Positions 38,790 through 49,235 of a DNA stretch of 64,000 nt are shown here, piece after piece. The number at the start of each line of letters is the position of its first letter. Position 1 is the stretch's first letter. The DNA is from an uncultured virus (IMG/VR IMGVR_UViG_3300008108_000202). Its lineage: Duplodnaviria > Heunggongvirae > Uroviricota > Caudoviricetes. A program made the position numbers and the translations under genes. The notes under the pieces were generated by a model. That model searched no databases, had not been told where the DNA came from, and saw nothing but the letters and a program-made list of their open reading frames with translations. Where the stretch lies: the IMG/VR virus record IMGVR_UViG_3300008108_000202; one strand, written 5' to 3'.

Positions 38790-40256
38790 TTAGCCAATTC
38801 TCATAACAATATAACCATCATAATAATCATATGTTCCATCATAACCATTTAAATTACCATAATCCTCATCATTAGATAAACCTCTTATAAAATCATCTTT
38901 GTCAATAAAATATTTAATTTCCAAACCATGATCTTTGATCCATCTCAATGGATCGTTTCTAACTTCATCCTTTTTATCCTCAACAATTTCTTCAACCGAA
39001 TCTTCATCCAAATCCCCTTCAGGATTTTCTTCAATTTCTTGTATTTCATATTCTATATCAGAAATTCTACTTTCACGATCATCTTGGTGATCATCAGTGT
39101 CTTCATCATCATATAATTGTCCTGGTTGTACTACAGAACCATCTTTATATAATACCCATCTTGTTCCATCATATTTTAATTGGAATCTGTTATCATCTTC
39201 ATCCATAAAATCAAAGATATTCCCACTTTCTCTGGTTTGATATTGTATTGGGGCTCTAACACCACCCTTTTCATACACCCATTTTTCCATTTTAAGAAGC
39301 CAAATCTCATCTTCTTGATAACTACTTAATTCTCTTTTTACATCATAACTTTCCGGTGATTCATATATATCATCTCTAAACATATCTTCAAGATAATCAG
39401 CGAGAGAATCTTTATCAATATATTCTTCAACTATATAACTATGAAAACTTTCATACCCAATTTCATCAATAAGATTTTCATTGTAGTCATATAATGATTT
39501 TCTAGCATCATCCTCACTACTAATCGCATATTCAATTCCTTCAGATAGTGATTCAAAAACATTCATTCTATAATGACCATATTTTCCTGGGATTAGATCA
39601 TAAACATCAACGTATTTACTTAACTCATCAATTCTTTCTTGGATCTCATCATATTTTTCACTTAACTCATCGTAAAGTTCCTCATCGTCTTCAACTTCCA
39701 TTCTTGATTCTACAGTCTCAAGTTCTTCTTTCAAATTATCTAATTCAACTTTTTCTTCATCAGACAATGCTTTAAGTTCGCCTTCTCTAACCGCATAGTT
39801 AAAAACAATATTCGCCATTAAACCTTCTTCATCAGTATCTTCAGGATCCCATATATTATTTTCTCTCCTACTATTAGCTTCATCAATTATTTTTTGTCTT
39901 GCAATTCTATCTAACTTATCCTGATATGGTGTACTATAATGAGATATATTACCAGTAACCGTAACATCATCAAGAGTTTGTATTTTACTACGCTGCAAAA
40001 ATAAATTACCAACAACATATAATTTACCTAAATCTTGAACTGGAGTACTAGATAAATCCAAATTACCGAGAACTTTAATTGGTTTACCTTCAAATCTTTT
40101 TATTTTAGATAACACTCTACCATTGTAACCTGTGGCAGATAACAATTGTTTATATTCGCTAGCGGGAATTTCATAATATTCCCCCTCTTGTTCGTTGATC
40201 ACATTTTTTATTATATTAATCAATTTTGATTCGGTAAGTTTTACAACTTTTTTCAT
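38790..40256 (-). CDS. acidic hypothetical protein (KLTES N-terminus)
   Basis: About 488 aa; ATATTTAT upstream. Confidence 0.8.
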   Translation of the reverse strand: MKKVVKLTESKLINIIKNVINEQEGEYYEIPASEYKQLLSATGYNGRVLSKIKRFEGKPIKVLGNLDLSSTPVQDLGKLYVVGNLFLQRSKIQTLDDVTVTGNISHYSTPYQDKLDRIARQKIIDEANSRRENNIWDPEDTDEEGLMANIVFNYAVREGELKALSDEEKVELDNLKEELETVESRMEVEDDEELYDELSEKYDEIQERIDELSKYVDVYDLIPGKYGHYRMNVFESLSEGIEYAISSEDDARKSLYDYNENLIDEIGYESFHSYIVEEYIDKDSLADYLEDMFRDDIYESPESYDVKRELSSYQEDEIWLLKMEKWVYEKGGVRAPIQYQTRESGNIFDFMDEDDNRFQLKYDGTRWVLYKDGSVVQPGQLYDDEDTDDHQDDRESRISDIEYEIQEIEENPEGDLDEDSVEEIVEDKKDEVRNDPLRWIKDHGLEIKYFIDKDDFIRGLSNDEDYGNLNGYDGTYDYYDGYIVMRIG

Positions 40257-40350
40257 ATACAATAAATATGTTATTCATATTAAAATTATTTACATATTAT
40301 CTTGTGTTGTGATATTTATATTAAAATAAACACATTAAAAACAATTGATG

Positions 40351-40497
40351 ATGGGGTGTGGATGCAAAAATAAGAACAACGGTGGAAATACCACTACTCA
40401 ACAATCAACAGCTCAGGGACAGCCTCAGCAAGTAAAAAATGCCACTGTTCAAGAGTCCGTTAAAAAAATTGTTGAGAAGTATTATAACAAAAGATAA
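40351..40497 (+). CDS. 48 aa MGCGCK protein (not in ORF track)
   Basis: Hand translation; ATATTTATA upstream and terminator at 40518-40547. Confidence 0.75.
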   Translation: MGCGCKNKNNGGNTTTQQSTAQGQPQQVKNATVQESVKKIVEKYYNKR

Positions 40498-40561
40498 TTT
40501 ATTTCTACCAAGAAATTAAAGGTGGTTACGTTAGTTTCCACCTTTTTTAATATTTATTAAT

Positions 40562-41584
40562 ATGAGTACAGGATTAGAAAAATTTATAAATCAATTTAAT
40601 AATGGTGACTGGGATGAGTTTTCATCGGCATTTGGTAATGATGTTTCCAAATTTTTATCGTTAGTTAAAAGAAGAGGTTTATTAGATAGAATAAGTTTAG
40701 AAACGATTGATTATAACGATCCTGAATTAGTAAATTCTGTAATGCTAGCTCTTATTAACGATGACCCATCATATATAAATGAAATAATTGAATATAGTTT
40801 AGGTGATGTACAAATTCGTCCAGATGGGTATTATCTAAGATTAGATCGTTTAAACGAACTATCTGAATTTTTCAAAGACAATCAATATTCAATAGATTAT
40901 AATGATAGGGATATTGTTGAAAAAGCGTTAGATGAGGACTGGTGGGAGCCTTTTTCAGATACGGTTTATGATGTTTATGATGATATTATAAAAGAACTTG
41001 ATGAAAAAAATATTAAATTACTAGAAGAAAGAGTTCTTGAAATAGTTGGTAATCAGGAATTTTCTTTGGATGAATATTCAAGTCCTTATTTTAAGGATAT
41101 ATCTGACAACAATGGTAGATTTATAATAACCGAATCAAATATAGCGTCTATAGTTGGAGATAAGGACTCTATGAACTCTTTATTTAAAGGAGATCTATAT
41201 GATTTAAAAAATCAACTTCGTTGGTTGGGTGATGAAGCTTATAATCAAGCATATAATGATGAGGTTTATGAAGATGTATTTAACGAACTTTCAACATTAT
41301 TCATTGGTAGACACGACTGGGTTCAATCAAAAAAAAACGAAAAAACCATACATACACCTTACATAAAAATACGAGACATACGTAGTGATATAATAAATTT
41401 TTTAGTTGAGTTTAAGGGGACAAATAAAAATCTTTATTCCGATATGTTAACATACACCAGTATGGTTACGGAATATATGTATAGTGCCGATGAATGGTTA
41501 AGAATTAGTGTTTCAGATTATGCTGATCATACAAAGGTTTCTCAATACATTAATGAAATGCTTCCTGATCGTCTTTATATGTAA
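40562..41584 (+). CDS. hypothetical protein
   Basis: 340 aa acidic ORF. Confidence 0.8.
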   Translation: MSTGLEKFINQFNNGDWDEFSSAFGNDVSKFLSLVKRRGLLDRISLETIDYNDPELVNSVMLALINDDPSYINEIIEYSLGDVQIRPDGYYLRLDRLNELSEFFKDNQYSIDYNDRDIVEKALDEDWWEPFSDTVYDVYDDIIKELDEKNIKLLEERVLEIVGNQEFSLDEYSSPYFKDISDNNGRFIITESNIASIVGDKDSMNSLFKGDLYDLKNQLRWLGDEAYNQAYNDEVYEDVFNELSTLFIGRHDWVQSKKNEKTIHTPYIKIRDIRSDIINFLVEFKGTNKNLYSDMLTYTSMVTEYMYSADEWLRISVSDYADHTKVSQYINEMLPDRLYM

Positions 41585-41632
41585 ACTATTTATAATGTTA
41601 ATTTAATTTCATACAAATTGTAAAAAAAATAT

Positions 41633-42328
41633 ATGAGATTAATTAACAAAAATTCAAGAAGAGGTATTGTCAACCTATTTGCAGATTTCATTCTTTCTAA
41701 AATTGACAAAACAAATAAATCAATAATCCAAGTTTCTGATTGTGGATCTTTTATGGTTGTTAATGGTCTAACAACAAGTGAAACTCAATTAGATCTTATG
41801 GATATAAAATTAGAATTCATTGAAAAATTTGATGAACAACTAAAGGATCTTGAATACGGTCAGATTAATGTGATTGATATTATCAAATATGGTCAAGAAA
41901 TTAATCCGATCTCTAAAGTTTGGTTTAAAACAAATAAATCTCCGTTTGTTGAGGAACCCGAACCAATAAGTGAATTATCAATAAGTTCAGAATTCCCATA
42001 TGGTTACTCTTTAAATTGTGGTAGATCCGCTATCTATTACTCTCACTATATTTTTAATCATATGTTTAATTTAATGAACGTTGATGAGGTTATGTTTTTC
42101 TACAATACAGATATTGATGAGTCGGAAGATTTTAAAATTAAAATTGTTTCAGATTCTAAAATACACAAAGAAAGGATAAAATCTCTTATATTAGATGTCT
42201 TTGATTTTGATTTAACCTCATTTGAGGATCGTATAAAGGATTATAATCTTATTGACGATATACTTGATCCGAATGGTGAAAAACCATATCTTAAACAGGA
42301 TCTATTGGAACACGTAATTTTATTTTAA
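41633..42328 (+). CDS. hypothetical protein, possibly a degenerate SAM-synthetase-like fold
   Basis: ADFIL...VNGLTTS and GRSAIYYSHYI loosely recall MetK; catalytic motifs absent. Confidence 0.45.
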   Translation: MRLINKNSRRGIVNLFADFILSKIDKTNKSIIQVSDCGSFMVVNGLTTSETQLDLMDIKLEFIEKFDEQLKDLEYGQINVIDIIKYGQEINPISKVWFKTNKSPFVEEPEPISELSISSEFPYGYSLNCGRSAIYYSHYIFNHMFNLMNVDEVMFFYNTDIDESEDFKIKIVSDSKIHKERIKSLILDVFDFDLTSFEDRIKDYNLIDDILDPNGEKPYLKQDLLEHVILF

Positions 42329-42331
42329 AAA

Positions 42332-42360
42332 GAATCCCCACCTTTTGAGTGGGGATTTTT
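42332..42360. terminator. bidirectional terminator
   Basis: aatccccac-cttttga-gtggggatt between convergent genes. Confidence 0.8.
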
Positions 42361-42361
42361 A

Positions 42362-42646
42362 TTATCCATTAATCCATTTCTTTATTATTTTAACACCTTC
42401 ATTGATATCCTCAAAATCTCTATCAGGGGCAAACAATTCACTTTTGGGATCTGTTTCAGGTTCTTCTATTAATATGAAAGCTGGCACATATTCATTGTTT
42501 GTTATTTCAACAAACAAATTATATTCTTCCTCATATTCTTCAATATCTCTATCAACGAAATCAATATTTTCTTTTACCAACATTTCTTTCATGTCTTCAC
42601 AAAAAGGACATCCTTTCATTGTGAATAAAACAACAACCTTATCCAT
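42362..42646 (-). CDS. glutaredoxin
   Basis: FTMKGCPFC...YVP. Confidence 0.88.
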   Translation of the reverse strand: MDKVVVLFTMKGCPFCEDMKEMLVKENIDFVDRDIEEYEEEYNLFVEITNNEYVPAFILIEEPETDPKSELFAPDRDFEDINEGVKIIKKWING

Positions 42647-42953
42647 TTATTAATTCTTGAACCAAACCTTTTATTTCATTTTCTTGTAGAACTCCTACTT
42701 TTGTATTTGTTACATTTCCTCCGTTGAATACTTTAATTGTTGGTACGCTCCTAACCCCTAATGCCATTGCAACTTCTCTATTTTGATCAACATCCATTGA
42801 GTACATTTGAACGTCTGTTGTATTTTCCGCAGCAACTCTTTCAAATATTGGTTTCATTGACCGACAGGGTTGACACCAGGACGTTTCTAATTTTAGAATT
42901 ATTTTTTCACCATTTTTAATTTTTTCTAGTAATTTTTCTCCTGTAATTTCCAT
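42639..42953 (-). CDS. trxA: thioredoxin
   Basis: WCQPC and VRSVPT. Confidence 0.88.
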   Translation of the reverse strand: MEITGEKLLEKIKNGEKIILKLETSWCQPCRSMKPIFERVAAENTTDVQMYSMDVDQNREVAMALGVRSVPTIKVFNGGNVTNTKVGVLQENEIKGLVQELING

Positions 42954-42958
42954 AATTT

Positions 42959-43627
42959 TTAATTTACGTTTTTCCAACTTCTACCATTTTTTAATTCATA
43001 GAAAAAACCTTTTCTAATTTGCGGGTAGAGTTCTGTTAATTGTTTAATTTTTATCCCCTCATTTATTTTTTGTTTTATTTCCTTAACTAATTCAACCCCA
43101 TATTTTGAGTTTTTTTGTTTAGTTTCATAAATTTTACTAACTCGTTTTTCTTTTTCTTCTTTTGATATTGATCCCCAACCTTTTTTAACTGATAATCTTC
43201 TTTTTTCTCGTTCTTCGTCCGCCTTGTCCCCATATAACTCTTCATAAGTTTTACCTTTGTGTGAGTTACCATTTTTAGTATTTTCCGAAATTTTTTTCCT
43301 TATTTCAGGCGAATGAACATATCCTAAACACCCTTCACCACCAAATGTAGAATTTAATCCATTTTTATACGTTTTGAATTCGGTAATATAAAATTTTTCT
43401 CTTTCATAAATATTTAATACATTACATTCTTCAATTATTTCTATATTAAAATTTTCAACCCCATATTTTCTAATAGAATTACAAAATTTAGTATTAGAGT
43501 CAGTTTTTAAACATCTGTAAACGTGTTCTTCAAATCTTTTATTTATAGAATTAATCGTACATCCAATATATTCTTTTTTGTTTATTAGATTTGTTATTTT
43601 ATATATGTGTCCTTTTTGTGTGCTCAT
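42959..43627 (-). CDS. GIY-YIG homing endonuclease
   Basis: HIYKITN...YIG...R...E...GLN; NUMOD3-like HSPEIRKKIS. Confidence 0.88.
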   Translation of the reverse strand: MSTQKGHIYKITNLINKKEYIGCTINSINKRFEEHVYRCLKTDSNTKFCNSIRKYGVENFNIEIIEECNVLNIYEREKFYITEFKTYKNGLNSTFGGEGCLGYVHSPEIRKKISENTKNGNSHKGKTYEELYGDKADEEREKRRLSVKKGWGSISKEEKEKRVSKIYETKQKNSKYGVELVKEIKQKINEGIKIKQLTELYPQIRKGFFYELKNGRSWKNVN

Positions 43628-43673
43628 TGGTGTCTTTTATTATAATTATCACCAAGTAGCGTAAAAAATAATA

Positions 43674-43895
43674 TTATTTTAATCTCATTAAATTTTTTAT
43701 GAATAATATAACCTCATCAAGTTGTATTACATCGTATATTATCTTTATCTTATAAGTAGTTTCAACTTCTGTTTTTGATAGGTAAATATAAATTCCTGAT
43801 TGATGTCTAAATATACCATCTAAATGAACTAAACTACCACCATATGACTTACTATTTAAATATTCAGTTGTAAATTTTTTATCTGTAAATAAGAG
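43674..43895 (-). pseudogene. 3' fragment of a gene lacking its start
   Basis: Open frame LLFTDKKFTTEYLN...LMRLK* with no start codon before an upstream TGA. Confidence 0.6.
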
Positions 43896-44244
43896 ATTCG
43901 TCTGTGCAGGGTGTGAGTCCCCTCAAATTATAGGTTTCCTCCAACGTGGAATAAGAGGAATACTGAAAATAGTAGGGTGTGAGTCCCCTCAAATTATAGG
44001 TTTCCTCCAACCATATCTTCAGGATATCCTGTATTTGTTGATATTCCATACCAAAAATGGTTTCAAAAAGTAACCAAATTCTTTTATAACTCACATAAAA
44101 AAACCCATTTTTTTTATCATGACAATAAAATAATAACGGTAATCTATCCTTATCAATGTAAAATGTTTTATCACCTCTAACTACTTTAGTTAAATTACCA
44201 AACTCCTTGTTTAACCAATTTATTATAATGTTCTGTTTTTTCAT
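43879..44244 (-). CDS. small protein whose C-terminus is encoded by a repeat-spacer array
   Basis: 121 aa; LEETYNLRGLTP occurs twice. Confidence 0.8.
   Translation of the reverse strand: MKKQNIIINWLNKEFGNLTKVVRGDKTFYIDKDRLPLLFYCHDKKNGFFYVSYKRIWLLFETIFGMEYQQIQDILKIWLEETYNLRGLTPYYFQYSSYSTLEETYNLRGLTPCTDESLIYR
43910..44011 (-). CRISPR. CRISPR-like mini-array (two 36-nt repeats, 30-nt spacer), type VI-B-like
   Basis: Identical GTTGGAGGAAACCTATAATTTGAGGGGACTCACACC at 44011-43976 and 43945-43910; no cas genes in window. Confidence 0.6.
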
Positions 44245-44251
44245 ATTACCA

Positions 44252-44277
44252 AAAAAAGGAGGGTGATTAACCCTCCG
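44252..44277 (-). terminator. intrinsic terminator
   Basis: ggagggt-gatta-accctcc with T run on the minus strand. Confidence 0.75.
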
Positions 44278-44283
44278 TTGTTT

Positions 44284-45039
44284 TTAAATCATTTCTTCGG
44301 CAAGTTCCCAAAGTTTTGTGTTGATTGTATTAACCGCCATAATACTTTTAAGATCTCGTAGTTTTGATTTACGACCCGTATTAGTTCGGTAGTCAAAACC
44401 TCCTCGTACAAACTTCTCTTGTACCACGTTGAATGTTGTCCACAAGTCGTTCTTATTGTCCTCCACACGATTTGGTGTAAGGATATCAACGAGTTGGTTG
44501 TCACTTGGGATTGACCCTTCCGCCCATCGGATTTTTGATGCTTTCTGAACGTATTGGATTTGTTCATCAATTGTGAGTTCTCGTTCCATCATTCGTCCAA
44601 CAGATCCTTGGATCAATGGTAATTTCTTTGAGAACCCGTCCATCAATCGTTTTACATCGTCAAGTTCAAACCCGCTATGTCTTACGTTGAATTTGTCCGC
44701 AACTGATGTGGGAACCGTCAATCCGTTTGAGCAACATACTCTGTGTAATCCTGCGGAAACTGATAATGTTGACATTCCATTGTGAGAATTTTTAATGATT
44801 GCCTCAACCAATGTATCCCCTACAGGTGGAAGTTCTCCATTGCGAAATCTTACTTGGTGTGTTGCGTGAATTCCTTTTCCTGTTTGTTTAACATCTGAAA
44901 TTTGCCAACCTTCACGATCAAAATATTCAATAAGTTGGTCTGTAGGTACGAATACGTATTTATTAGACAACTTATTAGACGCTGATGTTGCAAAAATTGA
45001 GGGTGCCACTGATTTGATAAGTTCTGGTGTGTAGATCAT
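44284..45039 (-). CDS. DUF932 family protein
   Basis: APSIFA...SNKYVFVPT, NSHNG, GLHRVCCSNGL and LWTTFNVVQE. Confidence 0.88.
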   Translation of the reverse strand: MIYTPELIKSVAPSIFATSASNKLSNKYVFVPTDQLIEYFDREGWQISDVKQTGKGIHATHQVRFRNGELPPVGDTLVEAIIKNSHNGMSTLSVSAGLHRVCCSNGLTVPTSVADKFNVRHSGFELDDVKRLMDGFSKKLPLIQGSVGRMMERELTIDEQIQYVQKASKIRWAEGSIPSDNQLVDILTPNRVEDNKNDLWTTFNVVQEKFVRGGFDYRTNTGRKSKLRDLKSIMAVNTINTKLWELAEEMI

Positions 45040-45157
45040 AATATTTTGTTTTTTTAAGTATAAAACAAAGATAGTAAATAATTTATAATAACCAACTAAC
45101 ATCAAAAAAAATTTTAAAATTATGGGGTGTTTATACCAAACCCATATATTTATATAT

Positions 45158-45937
45158 ATGAGATGTTATGTTTATTTACACAGAAGATTAGACAATAATG
45201 AAGTTTTTTATGTTGGTAGAGGAACCGTTAATATAAAAGCTAGTGGTAAATGTGATACCAACACATATAGTCGTGCTTATGCTATTCATAAACATAATAA
45301 ATATTGGATTAGAATAACAAATAAAGTTTCTTGGTCGGTTGAGATTATTGAGGATTTTTTAACTTGGGATGAATCCATGTTATCAGAAATTAAATACATA
45401 AAAAAGTATGGTAGGAAAGATTTAAATGAGGGGACTTTAGTTAATTTTACAGATGGTGGTGAGGGATCTAAAGGTGTTATTGTTTCAGAATTAGTTAAAT
45501 CAATACAAAAAAATCGGATGAGTTCAGATGACAATCCAATGAAACTACAACATAATAAAATAAAACAAAGTATTAGAATGAAAAAAAATAATCCAATGAA
45601 AAATAATGAAACCAAAAAAAAAGTTAGTGAATCACAAAAATCCATTTGGTTAAATGGGACTGAAAATCATCCAAGAAAAAATAAACCTAGAGAAGATTTG
45701 AGGTTGAGAAACCTAACTAATAATCCAACTAAAAACCCAGAAGTTATTGAGAAAATAAGACAATCAGCATTAATGAGGGATAATAAAGGCGGTAAAAGTC
45801 CTAACGCAAAAAAAGTAATGGACGTAAATTCAGGTAAAACATACACATCAATAAAAGAATGTATGGAAGGAATGGGTATTTCTCACACTTCAATTTATCG
45901 TTATTTAAAAAATGGTAAAGTTATTTATATTAATTAA
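45158..45937 (+). CDS. GIY-YIG-like homing endonuclease
   Basis: YVYLH...FYVGRG...R...E...LVNFTDGGEG; NPMK repeats; C-terminal HTH. Confidence 0.8.
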   Translation: MRCYVYLHRRLDNNEVFYVGRGTVNIKASGKCDTNTYSRAYAIHKHNKYWIRITNKVSWSVEIIEDFLTWDESMLSEIKYIKKYGRKDLNEGTLVNFTDGGEGSKGVIVSELVKSIQKNRMSSDDNPMKLQHNKIKQSIRMKKNNPMKNNETKKKVSESQKSIWLNGTENHPRKNKPREDLRLRNLTNNPTKNPEVIEKIRQSALMRDNKGGKSPNAKKVMDVNSGKTYTSIKECMEGMGISHTSIYRYLKNGKVIYIN

Positions 45938-46233
45938 TTTAATCCTATTAATCCGAACTTTGTTTTTTGGAAAAACTTATCAATACTATGTGCAACAACA
46001 TTTCCTTCTCTCTCTACTTCACCAAACTTAAGTTCTAATACAATATCAACTATTTGGGTTCTAGTTAAACTAATGTCTTCGCCATTTTTCAAATTATCCT
46101 CACACTTCTCTTTAACTTTCCTATAAAAGTCATCCTTTTGAACTTCTCCGATTAATTCCATTAGATCGTTTGGATTATTCTCAAAGAAATTAATTAGTTG
46201 CGATAGATAAATTTCAACGTCAACATTTCCCAT
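45934..46233 (-). CDS. hypothetical protein
   Basis: 99 aa ORF. Confidence 0.75.
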   Translation of the reverse strand: MGNVDVEIYLSQLINFFENNPNDLMELIGEVQKDDFYRKVKEKCEDNLKNGEDISLTRTQIVDIVLELKFGEVEREGNVVAHSIDKFFQKTKFGLIGLN

Positions 46234-46245
46234 AATATTGTTTTT

Positions 46246-48090
46246 TTAAGATTCGTGATCAATGTGATAGAATCCGTCTCCTTCTTCCATCATTTTTCTT
46301 CTAAGTCTTTCCGGTATTTGAACATTCGGGCTTGATCCTGACAATGAAATCAATTCCAAGAAATCAAGATCAGCCAAAGATTCAGGTAAAGATACCAAAT
46401 TAGGATTATTCTGTAAAGTTAAGAACATTAAAGAATCTATTTGTCCAATTTCTTCAGGTAATGTTTTAACACAATTTTCAAGAACCAACGCAATTAAGTT
46501 TTTGAACTTGGAAATTGATGGTGGTATATCCAAATTTAAAGTATCTGTTGATTTATTAACCAAAGTAAAATATGATATTGTATCAGGTAAATTTTTAAAT
46601 AACTCATCAAAACCAAACAATGCGATGTATTTTGAGCTGTCATCGTTAGGATACTTAATATCAACTATTGAATCTCCTCCACTTGTTACTTGACCCGCAT
46701 ATTTAACTTTTAATTCCTCTTTCAAGTTTTTCAATGTTGGCATATTGATCAACGTAACATCCGCACTTGTAAGTTGTGATAAAGATTTTGTTCTCAAAGA
46801 ATCAATCTTTCTTGCCAAATAATATTTAACAACTTCAGGTTCGGAGTTCTTAATCATATCACCAGTTAAATCCATACCCAATGAAATGTATTTCTTTTTA
46901 AGTTCAACAGGTAAATTAATATAAACATTAGGTCTGTTTGTTAGATTTGGACTTGATATTTCAAGCCAAAATTCAGCATCCTCAACAGATCCAAGTTCCT
47001 TAACCGCATCATCTTGGATGGAGATATTTTTGTACTTTCTCAATAACGCTTTTTCTCTATCAGTTAGAGGATCTGGAGTAAACAAATATTCTTTATCTGC
47101 CAATTTAGGAACTTTTTCTGAAATTGTTCTCCAATTCTCAACTCTATGTCCTGAGAATCCTCCCGCCATATTTTTACCGTCAGCAATTCTTTTTCCACCG
47201 TAAGTATCAACAAGAATAACAACAGCAAAGTTTAGATCATCATATGGTTTATCTCTATCAATAACATAATAAAGTGTTAGGTTGTTCTCCAAACGATAGT
47301 TATAGTAAAGGTTACCTCCACCTATTCTTGATGTACACCAAGGTCTACCATGTGCCAATCTAATACATTGTTCTTTCCCGTTTGGTTTAAAGATATATAA
47401 ATTATCCTTATCATAGATAGTTTCAATATCACCAAAATCATCTGTTTTCTTTGTTTGAGTATCATCACCATCAGGTAAATGGTCAAGCGCAGCCTCAAGA
47501 TCATCAAATGACATTAATAAAATTGGTGGAGTTCCTGGTTCTAATCTATCATACAGATCAATATATCTTTCCACATATGATAATATCTGCTCATTAGTTA
47601 AGTCACTTCTTTCCTTTCTAAACTTATCATAAGCATATTTTGTAATTAGAGTTGGGAATTTGTTTTGAATTAATTCACTTAATCTTAAATATGAATATCT
47701 CATTAAATCTCTCTCACCTTTAGGAAGTAGATCTCTAATCTCCAAAAACTTTTTGATCAATCTCTTTACAACTCTTTGATCAGATCCTTTTACTTTTGGC
47801 ATATACTTTTTGAACAACTCCCCTTCTTCTTTCTTGATTCTTTTAGACCTAATAGTAGAAACCAATTGTTCATAACTATATTTTGTAATATCTCTTTTTT
47901 CTGCTGGTAATCCGGCTTTGATCTTTTCAAAGTCGTTAATATATGTTTTAATTTGATCTTCAGCATCTTCAGTTTCCTTACTGAACTTTACAATTAGTTG
48001 ATTCATCAATTTATTTGATATCTCGGTCAACTTCAACTTTGGGGTAACTTTTTCTTGTACTACGGATGATAAAATTTTTACTAATTCCAT
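46246..48090 (-). CDS. large protein with WCTS domain and C-terminal leucine-rich repeats
   Basis: IPPSISKFKNL, LPEEIGQIDSL and LPESLADLDFL repeats. Confidence 0.8.
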   Translation of the reverse strand: MELVKILSSVVQEKVTPKLKLTEISNKLMNQLIVKFSKETEDAEDQIKTYINDFEKIKAGLPAEKRDITKYSYEQLVSTIRSKRIKKEEGELFKKYMPKVKGSDQRVVKRLIKKFLEIRDLLPKGERDLMRYSYLRLSELIQNKFPTLITKYAYDKFRKERSDLTNEQILSYVERYIDLYDRLEPGTPPILLMSFDDLEAALDHLPDGDDTQTKKTDDFGDIETIYDKDNLYIFKPNGKEQCIRLAHGRPWCTSRIGGGNLYYNYRLENNLTLYYVIDRDKPYDDLNFAVVILVDTYGGKRIADGKNMAGGFSGHRVENWRTISEKVPKLADKEYLFTPDPLTDREKALLRKYKNISIQDDAVKELGSVEDAEFWLEISSPNLTNRPNVYINLPVELKKKYISLGMDLTGDMIKNSEPEVVKYYLARKIDSLRTKSLSQLTSADVTLINMPTLKNLKEELKVKYAGQVTSGGDSIVDIKYPNDDSSKYIALFGFDELFKNLPDTISYFTLVNKSTDTLNLDIPPSISKFKNLIALVLENCVKTLPEEIGQIDSLMFLTLQNNPNLVSLPESLADLDFLELISLSGSSPNVQIPERLRRKMMEEGDGFYHIDHES

Positions 48091-48140
48091 TTGATTGTTT
48101 TTTACTATAAATATAACAAAAATTAAAAATGTTTAACTAA

Positions 48141-48992
48141 TCAATAATTCATTATGAGTAACTCTTCTCCCATGTTTTGTTTCTCACCTTTTTTTGCCGA
48201 TGCCGCCTTGGCAAATTGTTTCTTTTCCCATCTGTATTGATCTTCAGGGAACCATTCGTGAAGTAGTTCAAAGTCATAATATGAAAGACTAAACTTACCT
48301 TTTATATTGTGTAATGTTTTGGCTAATCTCTCATGATCATTTCTATCAAAGTCGTGATTTGAGTAATAATTCCCTTCTCCAACCACATAATAAGGCGGGT
48401 CAACATAAAAATATGTCGTTGAGGTATCATATTTTTCAATTACGTTTTGGAAGTCCATATTTTCAACAAAATCTATTCTTTCAAACATTTTTTGCCAATT
48501 TTCATTTTTTAACTTATTTTTAAATGATGTGAATTTAGAGTGATATTTACCCTTTAAATCAATGAATTTAGATTTAGCAGGGTTAGATCCTGAAAATACT
48601 TGTGTTAATACATAAACATATTTGGCTGCGGTTTCATAATCATAAGCTTTAACCCTGAAATTTTCATCAAATATTTCAGCCTGAAACCTGGCGAACAATT
48701 CTCCACAAATTGGATTAGTCGGGTAAACTCCTTTTTCTTGAATTAACAACTTCTCACATTCCTGAAGGAGTTGTTTATGATCCTTTAAGCATTGATACAT
48801 ATTATAATTCAATTTATTAAAATCGTTATAAACGACAGTTTTTAAATTTGGGTAGTCTTCCAAGTTCATTTTAAAAAATGTCCAAAATTGACCACTAAAT
48901 GGTTCAACATACGTTTCAATATCTTTTGGGATATTAGGGATTATTAATTGTGGGGCGATTTTTGACTTACCACCTATATAACTTACACACAT
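48141..48992 (-). CDS. dam: Dam-like (D12 class) DNA adenine methyltransferase
   Basis: YIGGKS, YVEPFSG, VYND and DPPY motifs. Confidence 0.9.
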   Translation of the reverse strand: MCVSYIGGKSKIAPQLIIPNIPKDIETYVEPFSGQFWTFFKMNLEDYPNLKTVVYNDFNKLNYNMYQCLKDHKQLLQECEKLLIQEKGVYPTNPICGELFARFQAEIFDENFRVKAYDYETAAKYVYVLTQVFSGSNPAKSKFIDLKGKYHSKFTSFKNKLKNENWQKMFERIDFVENMDFQNVIEKYDTSTTYFYVDPPYYVVGEGNYYSNHDFDRNDHERLAKTLHNIKGKFSLSYYDFELLHEWFPEDQYRWEKKQFAKAASAKKGEKQNMGEELLIMNY

Positions 48993-49076
48993 AATTTATT
49001 TTTTCTTATAATTATAATTTATTTATAGTGGTAAATCAATTCACTTTTATATTTATCTTAAATATTATTACTTACT

Positions 49077-49235
49077 ATGGAAAAGAAAAAAGCAACTCAA
49101 GTAACAGGTTGTAGAGTATGTAAAAAAGGTTTAAGTAAAAATCAGTGGGGTATGGTTATAATCGGTTCATACATATTTGGGACATCGGTATATGGAACTA
49201 TTGAAATAATAAAATTAGTGTACTCCCTATTTTAA
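49077..49235 (+). CDS. 52 aa CxxC + TM protein (not in ORF track)
   Basis: Hand translation [18 protein letters not shown]...LVYSLF. Confidence 0.65.
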   Translation: MEKKKATQVTGCRVCKKGLSKNQWGMVIIGSYIFGTSVYGTIEIIKLVYSLF

